This document shows, in pieces, positions 10,014 to 22,600 of a stretch of 64,000 nucleotides of DNA (position 1 is its first letter; every line of letters starts with the position of its first letter). A program made the translations under genes and the position numbers. Source of the stretch: the human T2T-CHM13v2.0 reference genome, Homo sapiens; the NCBI RefSeq assembly GCF_009914755.1, contig NC_060933.1; one strand, written 5' to 3'. The notes under the pieces were generated by a model. It worked only from the letters and a program-made list of their open reading frames with translations. It was not told the DNA's origin and made no database searches.

Positions 10014-13000
10014 CATTCTCAGAAACTTGTTTGTGATGTGTGTATTCAACTAACAGAGATGAACCTTTCTTTTTACAGAGCAGTTTTGAAACACTCTTTT
10101 TGTGGAATCTGAAAGTGGATATTTGGATAGCTTTGAGGATTTCGTTGGAAACGGGATTACATATAAAACCTAGAGAGAAGCATTCTCAGGAACTTCTTTT
10201 TGATGTTTGCCTTCAAGTCACAGGACTGAACATTCCCTTTCATAGAGCAGGTTTGAAACACTCTTTCTGTAGTATCTGCAAGCTGACGTTTCAAGCGCTT
10301 TCAGGCCTATGGTGAGAAAGGAAATATCTTCAAGTAAAAACTAGACAGAAGCATTCTCAGAAACTTATTTGCCATGTGTGTTCTCAACTAACAGAGTTGA
10401 ACCTTTGTTTTGATACGGCATTTTGGAAACACTCTTTTTGTAGAATCTGCAGGTGGATATTCGGATAGCTTTGAAGGTTTCGTTGGAAACGGGAATATCT
10501 TCATATAAAATCTAGACGGAAGCATTCTCAGAAACTGCTTTGTGATGTTTTCATTCAAGTCACAGAGTAGAATGTTCTCTGTTATATACCAGGTTTGAGA
10601 CACTCTTTCTGCACTACCTGGAAGTGGACGTTTGGAGCGCTTTGAGGCCTATGTTGAAAAAGGAAATATCTTCCCATAAAAACTAGACAGAAGCATTCTC
10701 AGAAACTTGTTTGTGATGTGTGTATTCAACTAACAGAGATGAACCTTTCTTTTTACAGAGCAGTTTTGAAACACTCTTTTTGTGGAATCTGAAAGTGGAT
10801 ATTTGGATAGCTTTGAGGATTTCGTTGGAAACGGGATTACATATAAAATCTAGAGAGAAGCATTCTCAGGAACTTCTTTGTGATGTTTGCATTCACGTCA
10901 CAGAACTGAACATTCCCTTTCATAGAGCATGTTTGAAACACTCTTTCTGTAGTATCTGCAAACGGACATTTCAAACGCTTTCAGGCCTATGGTGAGAAAG
11001 GAAATATCTTCAAGTAAAAACTAGACAGAAGCATTCTCAGAAACTTATTTGCGATGTGTGTCCTCAACTAACAGAGTTGAACCTTTCTTTTGATACAACA
11101 TTTTGGAAACACTCTTTTTGTAGAATCTGCAAGTGGATATTTGAATAGCTTTGAAGGTTTCGTTGGAAACGGGAATATCTTCATATAAAATCAAGACTGA
11201 AGCATTCTCAGAAACTTCTCTGTGATGTTTGCATTCAACTCATAGAGTTGAACACTTCCCTTCATACAGCAGGTTTGAAACACTCTTTTTGTAATATTTG
11301 GAAGTGGACATTTGCAGCGCTTTGAGGCCTATGATGAAAAAGGGAATATCTTCCCATAAAAACTAGACAGAAGCATTCTCAGAAACTTGTTTGTGATGTG
11401 TGTATTCAACTAACAGAGATGAACCTTTCTTTTTACAGAGCAGTTTTGAAACACTCTTTTTGTGGAATCTGAAAGTGGATATTTGGATAGCTTTGAGGAT
11501 TTCGTTGGAAACGGGATTACATATAAAACCTAGAGAGAAGCATTCTCAGGAACTTCTTTTTGATGTTTGCCTTCAAGTCACAGGACTGAACATTCCCTTT
11601 CATAGAGCAGGTTTGAAACACTCTTTCTGTAGTATCTGCAAGCTGACGTTTCAAGCGCTTTCAGGCCTATGGTGAGAAAGGAAATATCTTCAAGTAAAAA
11701 CTAGACAGAAGCATTCTCAGAAACTTATTTGCCATGTGTGTTCTCAACTAACAGAGTTGAACCTTTGTTTTGATACGGCATTTTGGAAACACTCTTTTTG
11801 TAGAATCTGCAGGTGGATATTCGGATAGCTTTGAAGGTTTCGTTGGAAACGGGAATATCTTCATATAAAATCTAGACGGAAGCATTCTCAGAAACTGCTT
11901 TGTGATGTTTTCATTCAAGTCACAGAGTAGAATGTTCTCTGTTATATACCAGGTTTGAGACACTCTTTCTGCACTACCTGGAAGTGGACGTTTGGAGCGC
12001 TTTGAGGCCTATGTTGAAAAAGGAAATATCTTCCCATAAAAACTAGACAGAAGCATTCTCAGAAACTTGTTTGTGATGTGTGTATTCAACTAACAGAGAT
12101 GAACCTTTCTTTTTACAGAGCAGTTTTGAAACACTCTTTTTGTGGAATCTGAAAGTGGATATTTGGATAGCTTTGAGGATTTCGTTGGAAACGGGATTAC
12201 ATATAAAATCTAGAGAGAAGCATTCTCAGGAACTTCTTTGTGATGTTTGCATTCACGTCACAGAACTGAACATTCCCTTTCATAGAGCATGTTTGAAACA
12301 CTCTTTCTGTAGTATCTGCAAACGGACATTTCGAACGCTTTCAGGCCTATGGTGAGAAAGGAAATATCTTCAAATAAAAACTAGACAGAAGCATTCTCAG
12401 AAACTTATTTGCGATGTGTGTCCTCAACTAACAGAGTTGAACCTTTCTTTTGATACAACATTTTGGAAACACTCTTTTTGTGGAATCTGCAAGTGGATAT
12501 TTGGATAGCTTTGAAGGTTTCGTTGGAAACGGGAATATCTTCATATAAAATCAAGACAGAAGCATTCTCAGAAACTTCTCTGTGATGTTTGCATTCAACT
12601 CATAGAGTTGAACACTTCCCTTCATACAGCAGGTTTGAAACACTCTTTTTGTAATATTTGGAAGTGGACATTTGCAGCGCTTTGAGGCCTATGATGAAAA
12701 AGGTAATATCTTCCCATAAAAACTAGACAGAAGCATTCTCAGAAACTTGTTTGTGATGTGTGTATTCAACTAACAGAGATGAACCTTTCTTTTTACAGAG
12801 CAGTTTTGAAACACTCTTTTTGTTGAATCTGAAAGTGGATATTTGGATAGCTTTGCGGATTTCGTTGGAAACGGGATTACATATAAAATCTAGGGAGAAG
12901 CATTCTCAGGAACTTCTTTGTGATGTTTGCATTCAAGTCACAGAACTGAACATTCCCTTTCATAGAGCAGGTTTGAAACACTCTTTCTGTAGTATCTGCA

Positions 13001-16000
13001 AGCGGACGTTTTAAGCGCTTTCAGGCCTGTGGTGAGAAAGGAAATATCTTCAAATAAAAACTAGACAGAAGCATTCTCAGAAACTTATTTGCGATGTGTG
13101 TCCTCAACTAACAGAGTTGAACCTTTCTTTTGATACAACATTTTGGAAACACTCTTTTTGTAGAATCTGCAAGTGGATATTTGGATAGCTTTGAAGGTTT
13201 CGTTGGAAACGGGAATATCTTCATATGAAATCAAGACAGAAGCATTCTCAGAAACTTCTCTGTGATGTTTGCATTCAACTCATAGAGTTGAACACTTCCC
13301 TTCATACAGCAGGTTTGAAACACTCTTTTTCTAATATTTGGAAGTGGACATTTGCAGCGCTTTGAGGCCTATGTTGAAAAAGGAAATATCTTCTCCTAAA
13401 AACCAGACAGAAGCATTCTCAGAAACTTCCTTGTGATGTGTGTACTCAAGTAACAGAGTTGAACCTTCCTTTTGACGGAGCAGTTTTGAAGCACTCTTTT
13501 TGTAGAATCTGCAAGTGGATATTTTGATACCTTTGAGGATTTCGTTGGACACGGGATATCTTCATATAAAATCTAGACAGAAGCATTCTCAGAAACTTCT
13601 TTGTGCTGTATGTCCTCAATTAACAGAGTTGAACCTTTGTGTGGATACAGCATTTTGGAGACATTCCTTTAGTAGAATCTGCAAGTTGATATTTAGATAG
13701 CTAGGAAGATTTCCTTGGAAACGGGAATATCTTCATATAAAATCTAGACGGAAGCATTCTCAGAAAGTGCTTTGTGATGTTTGCATTCAAGTCACAGAGT
13801 TGAATATTCCCTTTTATAGAGCAGGTTTGAAACACTCTTTCTGCACTACCTGGAAGTGGACATTTGGAGCGCTTTGAGGCCTATGTTGAAAAAGGAAATA
13901 TCTTCCCATAAAAACTAGACAGAAGCATTCTCAGAAACTTGTTTGTGATGTGTGTATTCAACTAACAGAGATGAACCTTTCTTTTTACAGAGCAGTTTTG
14001 AAACACTCTTTTTGTGGAATCTGAAAGTGGATATTTGGATAGCTTTGAGGATTTCGTTGGAAACGGGATTACATATAAAACCTAGAGAGAAGCATTCTCA
14101 GGAACTTCTTTTTGATGTTTGCCTTCAAGTCACAGGACTGAACATTCCCTTTCATAGAGCAGGTTTGAAACACTCTTTCTGTAGTATCTGCAAGCTGACG
14201 TTTCAAGCGCTTTCAGGCCTATGGTGAGAAAGGAAATATCTTCAAGTAAAAACTAGACAGAAGCATTCTCAGAAACTTATTTGCCATGTGTGTTCTCAAC
14301 TAACAGAGTTGAACCTTTGTTTTGATACGGCATTTTGGAAACACTCTTTTTGTAGAATCTGCAGGTGGATATTCGGATAGCTTTGAAGGTTTCGTTGGAA
14401 ACGGGAATATCTTCATATAAAATCTAGACGGAAGCATTCTCAGAAACTGCTTTTTGATGTTTTCATTCAAGTCACAGAGTAGAATGTTCCCTGTTATATA
14501 CCAGGTTTGAGACACTCTTTCTGCACTACCTGGAAGTGGACGTTTGGAGCGCTTTGAGGCCTATGTTGAAAAAGGAAATATCTTCCCATAAAAACTAGAC
14601 AGAAGCATTCTCAGAAACTTGTTTGTGATGTGTGTATTCAACTAACAGAGATGAACCTTTCTTTTTACAGAGCAGTTTTGAAACACTCTTTTTGTGGAAT
14701 CTGAAAGTGGATATTTGGATAGCTTTGAGGATTTCGTTGGAAACGGGATTACATATAAAATCTAGAGAGAAGCATTCTGAGGAACTTCTTTGTGATGTTT
14801 GCATTCAAGTCACAGAACTGAACATTCCCTTTCATAGAGCAGGTTTGAAACACTCTTTCTGTAGTATCTGCAAGCTGACGTTTCAAGCGCTTTCAGGCCT
14901 ATGGTGAGAAAGGAAATATCTTCAAGTAAAAACTAGACAGAAGCATTCTCAGAAACTTATTTGCGATGTGTGTTCTCAACTAACAGAGTTGAACCTTTGT
15001 TTTGATATGGCATTTTGGAAACACTCTTTTTGTAGAATCTGCAGGTGGATATTCGGATAGCTTTGAAGGTTTCGTTGGAAACGGGAATATCTTCATATAA
15101 AATCTAGACGGAAGCATTCTCAGAAACTGCTTTGTGATGTTTTCATTCAAGTCACAGAGTAGAATGTTCCCTGTTATATACCAGGTTTGAGACACTCTTT
15201 CTGCACTACCTGGAAGTGGACATTTGCAGCGCTTTGAGGCCTATGATGAAAAAGGAAATATCTTCCCATAAGAACTAGACAGAAGCATTCTCAGAAACTT
15301 GTTTGTGATGTGTGTATTCAACTAACAGAGATGAACCTTTCTTTTTACAGAGCAGTTTTGAAACACTCTTTTTGTGGAATCTGAAAGTGGATATTTGGAT
15401 AGCTTTGAGGATTTCGTTGGAAACGGGATTACATATAAAATCTAGAGAGAAGCATTCTCAGGAACTTCTTTGTGATGTTTGCATTCACGTCACAGAACTG
15501 AACATTCCCTTTCATAGAGCATGTTTGAAACACTCTTTCTGTAGTATCTGCAAACGGACATTTCAAACGCTTTCAGGCCTATGGTGAGAAAGGAAATATC
15601 TTCAAATAAAAACTAGACAGAAGCATTCTCAGAAACTTATTTGCGATGTGTGTCCTCAACTAACAGAGTTGAACCTTTCTTTTGATACAACATTTTGGAA
15701 ACACACTTTTTATAGAATCTGCAAGTGGATATTTGAATAGCTTTGAAGGTTTCGTTGGAAACGGGAATATCTTCAAATAAAAACTAGACAGAAGCATTCT
15801 CAGAAACTTATTTGCGATGTGTGTCCTCAACTAACAGAGTTGAACCTTTCTTTTCATACAACATTTTGGAAACACTCTTTTTGTAGAATCTGCAAGTGGA
15901 TATTTGAATAGCTTTGAAGGTTTCGTTGGAAACGGGAATATCTTCATATAAAATCAAGACAGAAGCATTCTCAGAAACTTCTCTGTGATGTTTGCATTCA

Positions 16001-19000
16001 ACTCATAGAGTTGAACACTTCCCTTCATACAGCAGGTTTGAAACACTCTTTTTGTAATATTTGGAAGTGGACATTTGCAGCGCTTTGAGGCCTATGATGA
16101 AAAAGGTAATATCTTCCCATAAAAACTAGACAGAAGCATTCTCAGAAACTTGTTTGTGATGTGTGTATTCAACTAACAGAGATGAACCTTTCTTTTTACA
16201 GAGCAGTTTTGAAACACTCTTTTTGTGGAATCTGAAAGTGGATATTTGGATAGCTTTGAGGATTTCGTTGGAAACGGGATTACATATAAAACCTAGAGAG
16301 AAGCATTCTCAGGAACTTCTTTGTGATGTTTGCATTCAAGTCACAGAACTGAACATTCCCTTTCATAGAGCAGGTTTGAAACACTCTTTCTGTAGTATCT
16401 GCAAGCTGACGTTTCAAGCGCTTTCAGGCCTATGGTGAGAAAGGAAATATCTTCAAGTAAAAACTAGACAGAAGCATTCTCAGAAACTTATTTGCGATGT
16501 GTGTTCTCAACTAACAGAGTTGAACCTTTGTTTTGATACGGCATTTTGGAAACACTCTTTTTGTAGAATCTGCAGGTGGATATTCGGATAGCTTTGAAGG
16601 TTTCGTTGGAAACGGGAATATCTTCATATAAAATCTAGACGGAAGCATTCTCAGAAACTGCTTTGTGATGTTTTCATTCAAGTCACAGAGTAGAATGTTC
16701 CCTGTTATATACCAGGTTTGAGACACTCTTTCTGCACTACCTGGAAGTGGACATTTGCAGCGCTTTGAGGCCTATGATGAAAAAGGAAATATCTTCCCAT
16801 AAAAACTAGACAGAAGCATTCTCAGAAACTTGTTTGTGATGTGTGTATTCAACTAACAGAGATGAACCTTTCTTTTTACAGAGTAGTTTTGAAACACTCT
16901 TTTTGTGGAAACTGAAAGTGGATATTTGGATAGCTTTGAGGATTTCGTTGGAAACGGGATTACATATAAAATCTAGAGAGAAGCATTCTCAGGAACTTCT
17001 TTGTGATGTTTGCATTCACGTCACAGAACTGAACATTCATTTTCATAGAGCATGTTTGAAACACTCTTTCTGTAGTATCTGCAAACGGACATTTCAAACG
17101 CTTTCAGGCCTATGGTGAGAAAGGAAATATCTTCAAATAAAAACTAGACAGAAGCATATTCAGAAACTTATTTGCGATGTGTGTCCTCAACTAACAGAGT
17201 TGAACCTTTCTTTTGATACAACATTTTGGAAACACTCTTTTTGTGGAATCTGCAAGTGGATATTTGGATAGCTTTGAAGGTTTCGTTGGAAACGGGAATA
17301 TCTTCATATAAAATCAAGACAGAAGCATTCTCAGAAACTTGTCTGTGATGTTTGCATTCAACTCATAGAGTTGAACACTTCCCTTCATACAGCAGGTTTG
17401 AAACACTCTTTTTGTAATATTTGGAAGTGGACATTTGCAGCGCTTTGAAGCCTATGATGAAAAAGGTAATATCTTCCCATAAAAACTAGACAGAAGCATT
17501 CTCAGAAACTTGTTTGTGATGTGTGTATTCAACTAACAGAGATGAACCTTTCTTTTTACAGAGCAGTTTTGAAACACTCTTTTTGTGGAATCTGAAAGTG
17601 GATATTTGGATAGCTTTGCGGATTTCGTTGGAAACGGGATTACATATAAAATCTAGGGAGAAGCATTCTCAGGAACTTCTTTGTGATGTTTGCATTCAAG
17701 TCACAGAACTGAACATTCCCTTTCATAGAGCAGGTTTGAAACACTCTTTCTGTAGTATCTGCAAGCGGACGTTTTAAGCGCTTTCAGGCCTGTGGTGAGA
17801 AAGGAAATATCTTCAAATAAAAACTAGACAGAAGCATTCTCAGAAACTTATTTGCGATGTGTGTCCTCAACTAACAGAGTTGAACCTTTCTTTTGATACA
17901 ACATTTTGGAAACACTCTTTTTGTAGAATCTGCAAGTGGATATTTGGATAGCTTTGAAGGTTTCGTTGGAAACGGGAATATCTTCATATGAAATCAAGAC
18001 AGAAGCATTCTCAGAAACTTCTCTGTGATGTTTGCATTCAACTCATAGAGTTGAACACTTCCCTTCATACAGCAGGTTTGAAACACTCTTTTTCTAATAT
18101 TTGGAAGTGGACATTTGCAGCGCTTTGAGGCCTATGTTGAAAAAGGAAATATCTTCTCCTAAAAACCAGACAGAAACATTCTCAGAAACTTCCTTGTGAT
18201 GTGTGTTCTCAAGTAACAGAGTTGAACCTTCCTTTTGACGGAGCAGTTTTGAAGCACTCTTTTTGTAGAATCTGCAAGTGGATATTTTGATACCTTTGAG
18301 GATTTCGTTGGACACGGGATATCTTCATATAAAATCTAGACAGAAGCATTCTCAGAAACTTCTTTGTGCTGTATGTCCTCAATTAACAGAGTTGAACCTT
18401 TGTGTGGATACAGCATTTTGGAAACATTCCTTTAGTAGAATCTGCAAGTTGATATTTAGATAGCTAGGAAGATTTCCTTGGAAACGGGAATATCTTCATA
18501 TAAAATCTAGACGGAAGCATTCTCAGAAAGTGCTTTGTGATGTTTGCATTCAAGTCACAGAGTTGAATATTCCCTTTTATAGAGCAGGTTTGAAACACTC
18601 TTTCTGCACTACCTGGAAGTGGACATTTGGAGCGCTTTGAGGCCTATGTTGAAAAAGGAAATATCTTCCCATAAAAACTAGACAGAAGCATTCTCAGAAA
18701 CTTGTTTGTGATGTGTGTATTCAACTAACAGAGATGAACCTTTCTTTTTACAGAGCAGTTTTGAAACACTCTTTTTGTGGAATCTGAAAGTGGATATTTG
18801 GATAGCTTTGAGGATTTCGTTGGAAACGGGATTACATATAAAACCTAGAGAGAAGCATTCTCAGGAACTTCTTTTTGATGTTTGCCTTCAAGTCACAGGA
18901 CTGAACATTCCCTTTCATAGAGCAGGTTTGAAACACTCTTTCTGTAGTATCTGCAAGCTGACGTTTCAAGCGCTTTCAGGCCTATGGTGAGAAAGGAAAT

Positions 19001-22000
19001 ATCTTCAAGTAAAAACTAGACAGAAGCATTCTCAGAAACTTATTTGCCATGTGTGTTCTCAACTAACAGAGTTGAACCTTTGTTTTGATACGGCATTTTG
19101 GAAACACTCTTTTTGTAGAATCTGCAGGTGGATATTCGGATAGCTTTGAAGGTTTCGTTGGAAACGGGAATATCTTCATATAAAATCTAGACGGAAGCAT
19201 TCTCAGAAACTGCTTTGTGATGTTTTCATTCAAGTCACAGAGTAGAATGTTCCCTGTTATATACCAGGTTTGAGACACTCTTTCTGCACTACCTGGAAGT
19301 GGACGTTTGGAGCGCTTTGAGGCCTATGTTGAAAAAGGAAATATCTTCCCATAAAAACTAGACAGAAGCATTCTCAGAAACTTGTTTGTGATGTGTGTAT
19401 TCAACTAACAGAGATGAACCTTTCTTTTTACAGAGCAGTTTTGAAACAGTCTTTTTGTGGAATCTGAAAGTGGATATTTGGATAGCTTTGAGGATTTCGT
19501 TGGAAACGGGATTACATATAAAATCTAGAGAGAAGCATTCTCAGGAACTTCTTTGTGATGTTTGCATTCACGTCACAGAACTGAACATTCCCTTTCATAG
19601 AGCATGTTTGAAACACTCTTTCTGTAGTATCTGCAAACGGACATTTCAAACGCTTTCAGGCCTATGGTGAGAAAGGAAATATCTTCAAGTAAAAACTAGA
19701 CAGAAGCATTCTCAGAAACTTATTTGCGATGTGTGTCCTCAACTAACAGAGTTGAACCTTTCTTTTGATACAACATTTTGGAAACACTCTTTTTGTAGAA
19801 TCTGCAAGTGGATATTTGGATAGCTTTGAAGGTTTCGTTGGAAACGGGAATATCTTCATATAAAATCAAGACTGAAGCATTCTCAGAAACTTCTCTGTGA
19901 TGTTTGCATTCAACTCATAGAGTTGAACACTTCCCTTCATACAGCAGGTTTGAAACACTCTTTTTGTAATATTTGGAAGTGGACATTTGCAGCGCTTTGA
20001 GGCCTATGATGAAAAAGGTAATATCTTCCCATAAAAACTAGACAGAAGCATTCTCAGAAACTTGTTTGTGATGTGTGTATTCAACTAACAGAGATGAACC
20101 TTTCTTTTTACAGAGCAGTTTTGAAACACTCTTTTTGTGGAATCTGAAAGTGGATATTTGGATAGCTTTGAGGATTTCGTTGGAAACGGGATTACATATA
20201 AAACCTAGAGAGAAGCATTCTCAGGAACTTCTTTGTGATGTTTGCATTCAAGTCACAGAACTGAACATTCCCTTTCATAGAGCAGGTTTGAAACACTCTT
20301 TCTGTAGTATCTGCAAGCTGACGTTTCAAGCGCTTTCAGGCCTATGGTGAGAAAGGAAATATCTTCAAGTAAAAACTAGACAGAAGCATTCTCAGAAACT
20401 TATTTGCCATGTGTGTTCTCAACTAACAGAGTTGAACCTTTGTTTTGATACGGCATTTTGGAAACACTCTTTTTGTAGAATCTGCAGGTGGATATTCGGA
20501 TAGCTTTGAAGGTTTCGTTGGAAACGGGAATATCTTCATATAAAATCTAGACGGAAGCATTCTCAGAAACTGCTTTGTGATGTTTTCATTCAAGTCACAG
20601 AGTAGAATGTTCCCTGTTATATACCAGGTTTGAGACACTCTTTCTGCACTACCTGGAAGTGGACATTTGCAGCGCTTTGAGGCCTATGATGAAAAAGGAA
20701 ATATCTTCCCATAAAAACTAGACAGAAGCATTCTCAGAAACTTGTTTGTGATGTGTGTATTCAACTAACAGAGATGAACCTTTCTTTTTACAGAGTAGTT
20801 TTGAAACACTCTTTTTGTGGAAACTGAAAGTGGATATTTGGATAGCTTTGAGGATTTCGTTGGAAACGGGATTACATATAAAATCTAGAGAGAAGCATTC
20901 TCAGGAACTTCTTTGTGATGTTTGCATTCACGTCACAGAACTGAACATTCATTTTCATAGAGCATGTTTGAAACACTCTTTCTGTAGTATCTGCAAACGG
21001 ACATTTCAAACGCTTTCAGGCCTATGGTGAGAAAGGAAATATCTTCAAATAAAAACTAGACAGAAGCATATTCAGAAACTTATTTGCGATGTGTGTCCTC
21101 AACTAACAGAGTTGAACCTTTCTTTTGATACAACATTTTGGAAACACTCTTTTTGTGGAATCTGCAAGTGGATATTTGGATAGCTTTGAAGGTTTCGTTG
21201 GAAACGGGAATATCTTCATATAAAATCAAGACAGAAGCATTCTCAGAAACTTGTCTGTGATGTTTGCATTCAACTCATAGAGTTGAACACTTCCCTTCAT
21301 ACAGCAGGTTTGAAACACTCTTTTTGTAATATTTGGAAGTGGACATTTGCAGCGCTTTGAGGCCTATGATGAAAAAGGTAATATCTTCCCATAAAAACTA
21401 GACAGAAGCATTCTCAGAAACTTGTTTGTGATGTGTGTATTCAACTAACAGAGATGAACCTTTCTTTTTACAGAGCAGTTTTGAAACACTCTTTTTGTGG
21501 AATCTGAAAGTGGATATTTGGATAGCTTTGCGGATTTCGTTGGAAACGGGATTACATATAAAATCTAGGGAGAAGCATTCTCAGGAACTTCTTTGTGATG
21601 TTTGCATTCAAGTCACAGAACTGAACATTCCCTTTCATAGAGCAGGTTTGAAACACTCTTTCTGTAGTATCTGCAAGCGGACGTTTTAAGCGCTTTCAGG
21701 CCTGTGGTGAGAAAGGAAATATCTTCAAATAAAAACTAGACAGAAGCATTCTCAGAAACTTATTTGCGATGTGTGTCCTCAACTAACAGAGTTGAACCTT
21801 TCTTTTGATACAACATTTTGGAAACACTCTTTTTGTAGAATCTGCAAGTGGATATTTGGATAGCTTTGAAGGTTTCGTTGGAAACGGGAATATCTTCATA
21901 TGAAATCAAGACAGAAGCATTCTCAGAAACTTCTCTGTGATGTTTGCATTCAACTCATAGAGTTGAACACTTCCCTTCATACAGCAGGTTTGAAACACTC

Positions 22001-22600
22001 TTTTTCTAATATTTGGAAGTGGACATTTGCAGCGCTTTGAGGCCTATGTTGAAAAAGGAAATATCTTCTCCTAAAAACCAGACAGAAACATTCTCAGAAA
22101 CTTCCTTGTGATGTGTGTTCTCAAGTAACAGAGTTGAACCTTCCTTTTGACGGAGCAGTTTTGAAGCACTCTTTTTGTAGAATCTGCAAGTGGATATTTT
22201 GATACCTTTGAGGATTTCGTTGGACACGGGATATCTTCATATAAAATCTAGACAGAAGCATTCTCAGAAACTTCTTTGTGCTGTATGTCCTCAATTAACA
22301 GAGTTGAACCTTTGTGTGGATACAGCATTTTGGAAACATTCCTTTAGTAGAATCTGCAAGTTGATATTTAGATAGCTAGGAAGATTTCCTTGGAAACGGG
22401 AATATCTTCATATAAAATCTAGACGGAAGCATTCTCAGAAAGTGCTTTGTGATGTTTGCATTCAAGTCACAGAGTTGAATATTCCCTTTTATAGAGCAGG
22501 TTTGAAACACTCTTTCTGCACTACCTGGAAGTGGACATTTGGAGCGCTTTGAGGCCTATGTTGAAAAAGGAAATATCTTCCCATAAAAACTAGACAGAAG
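10014..22600 (+). repeat. HOR units: 23-mer (10014-13925), 28-mer (13926-18688), 23-mer (18689-22600)
   Basis: Lengths 3912, 4763 and 3912 bp; compositions Z-X-Z-X-Y, Z-Z-X5-Z-X-Y, Z-X-Z-X-Y. Confidence 0.92.
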
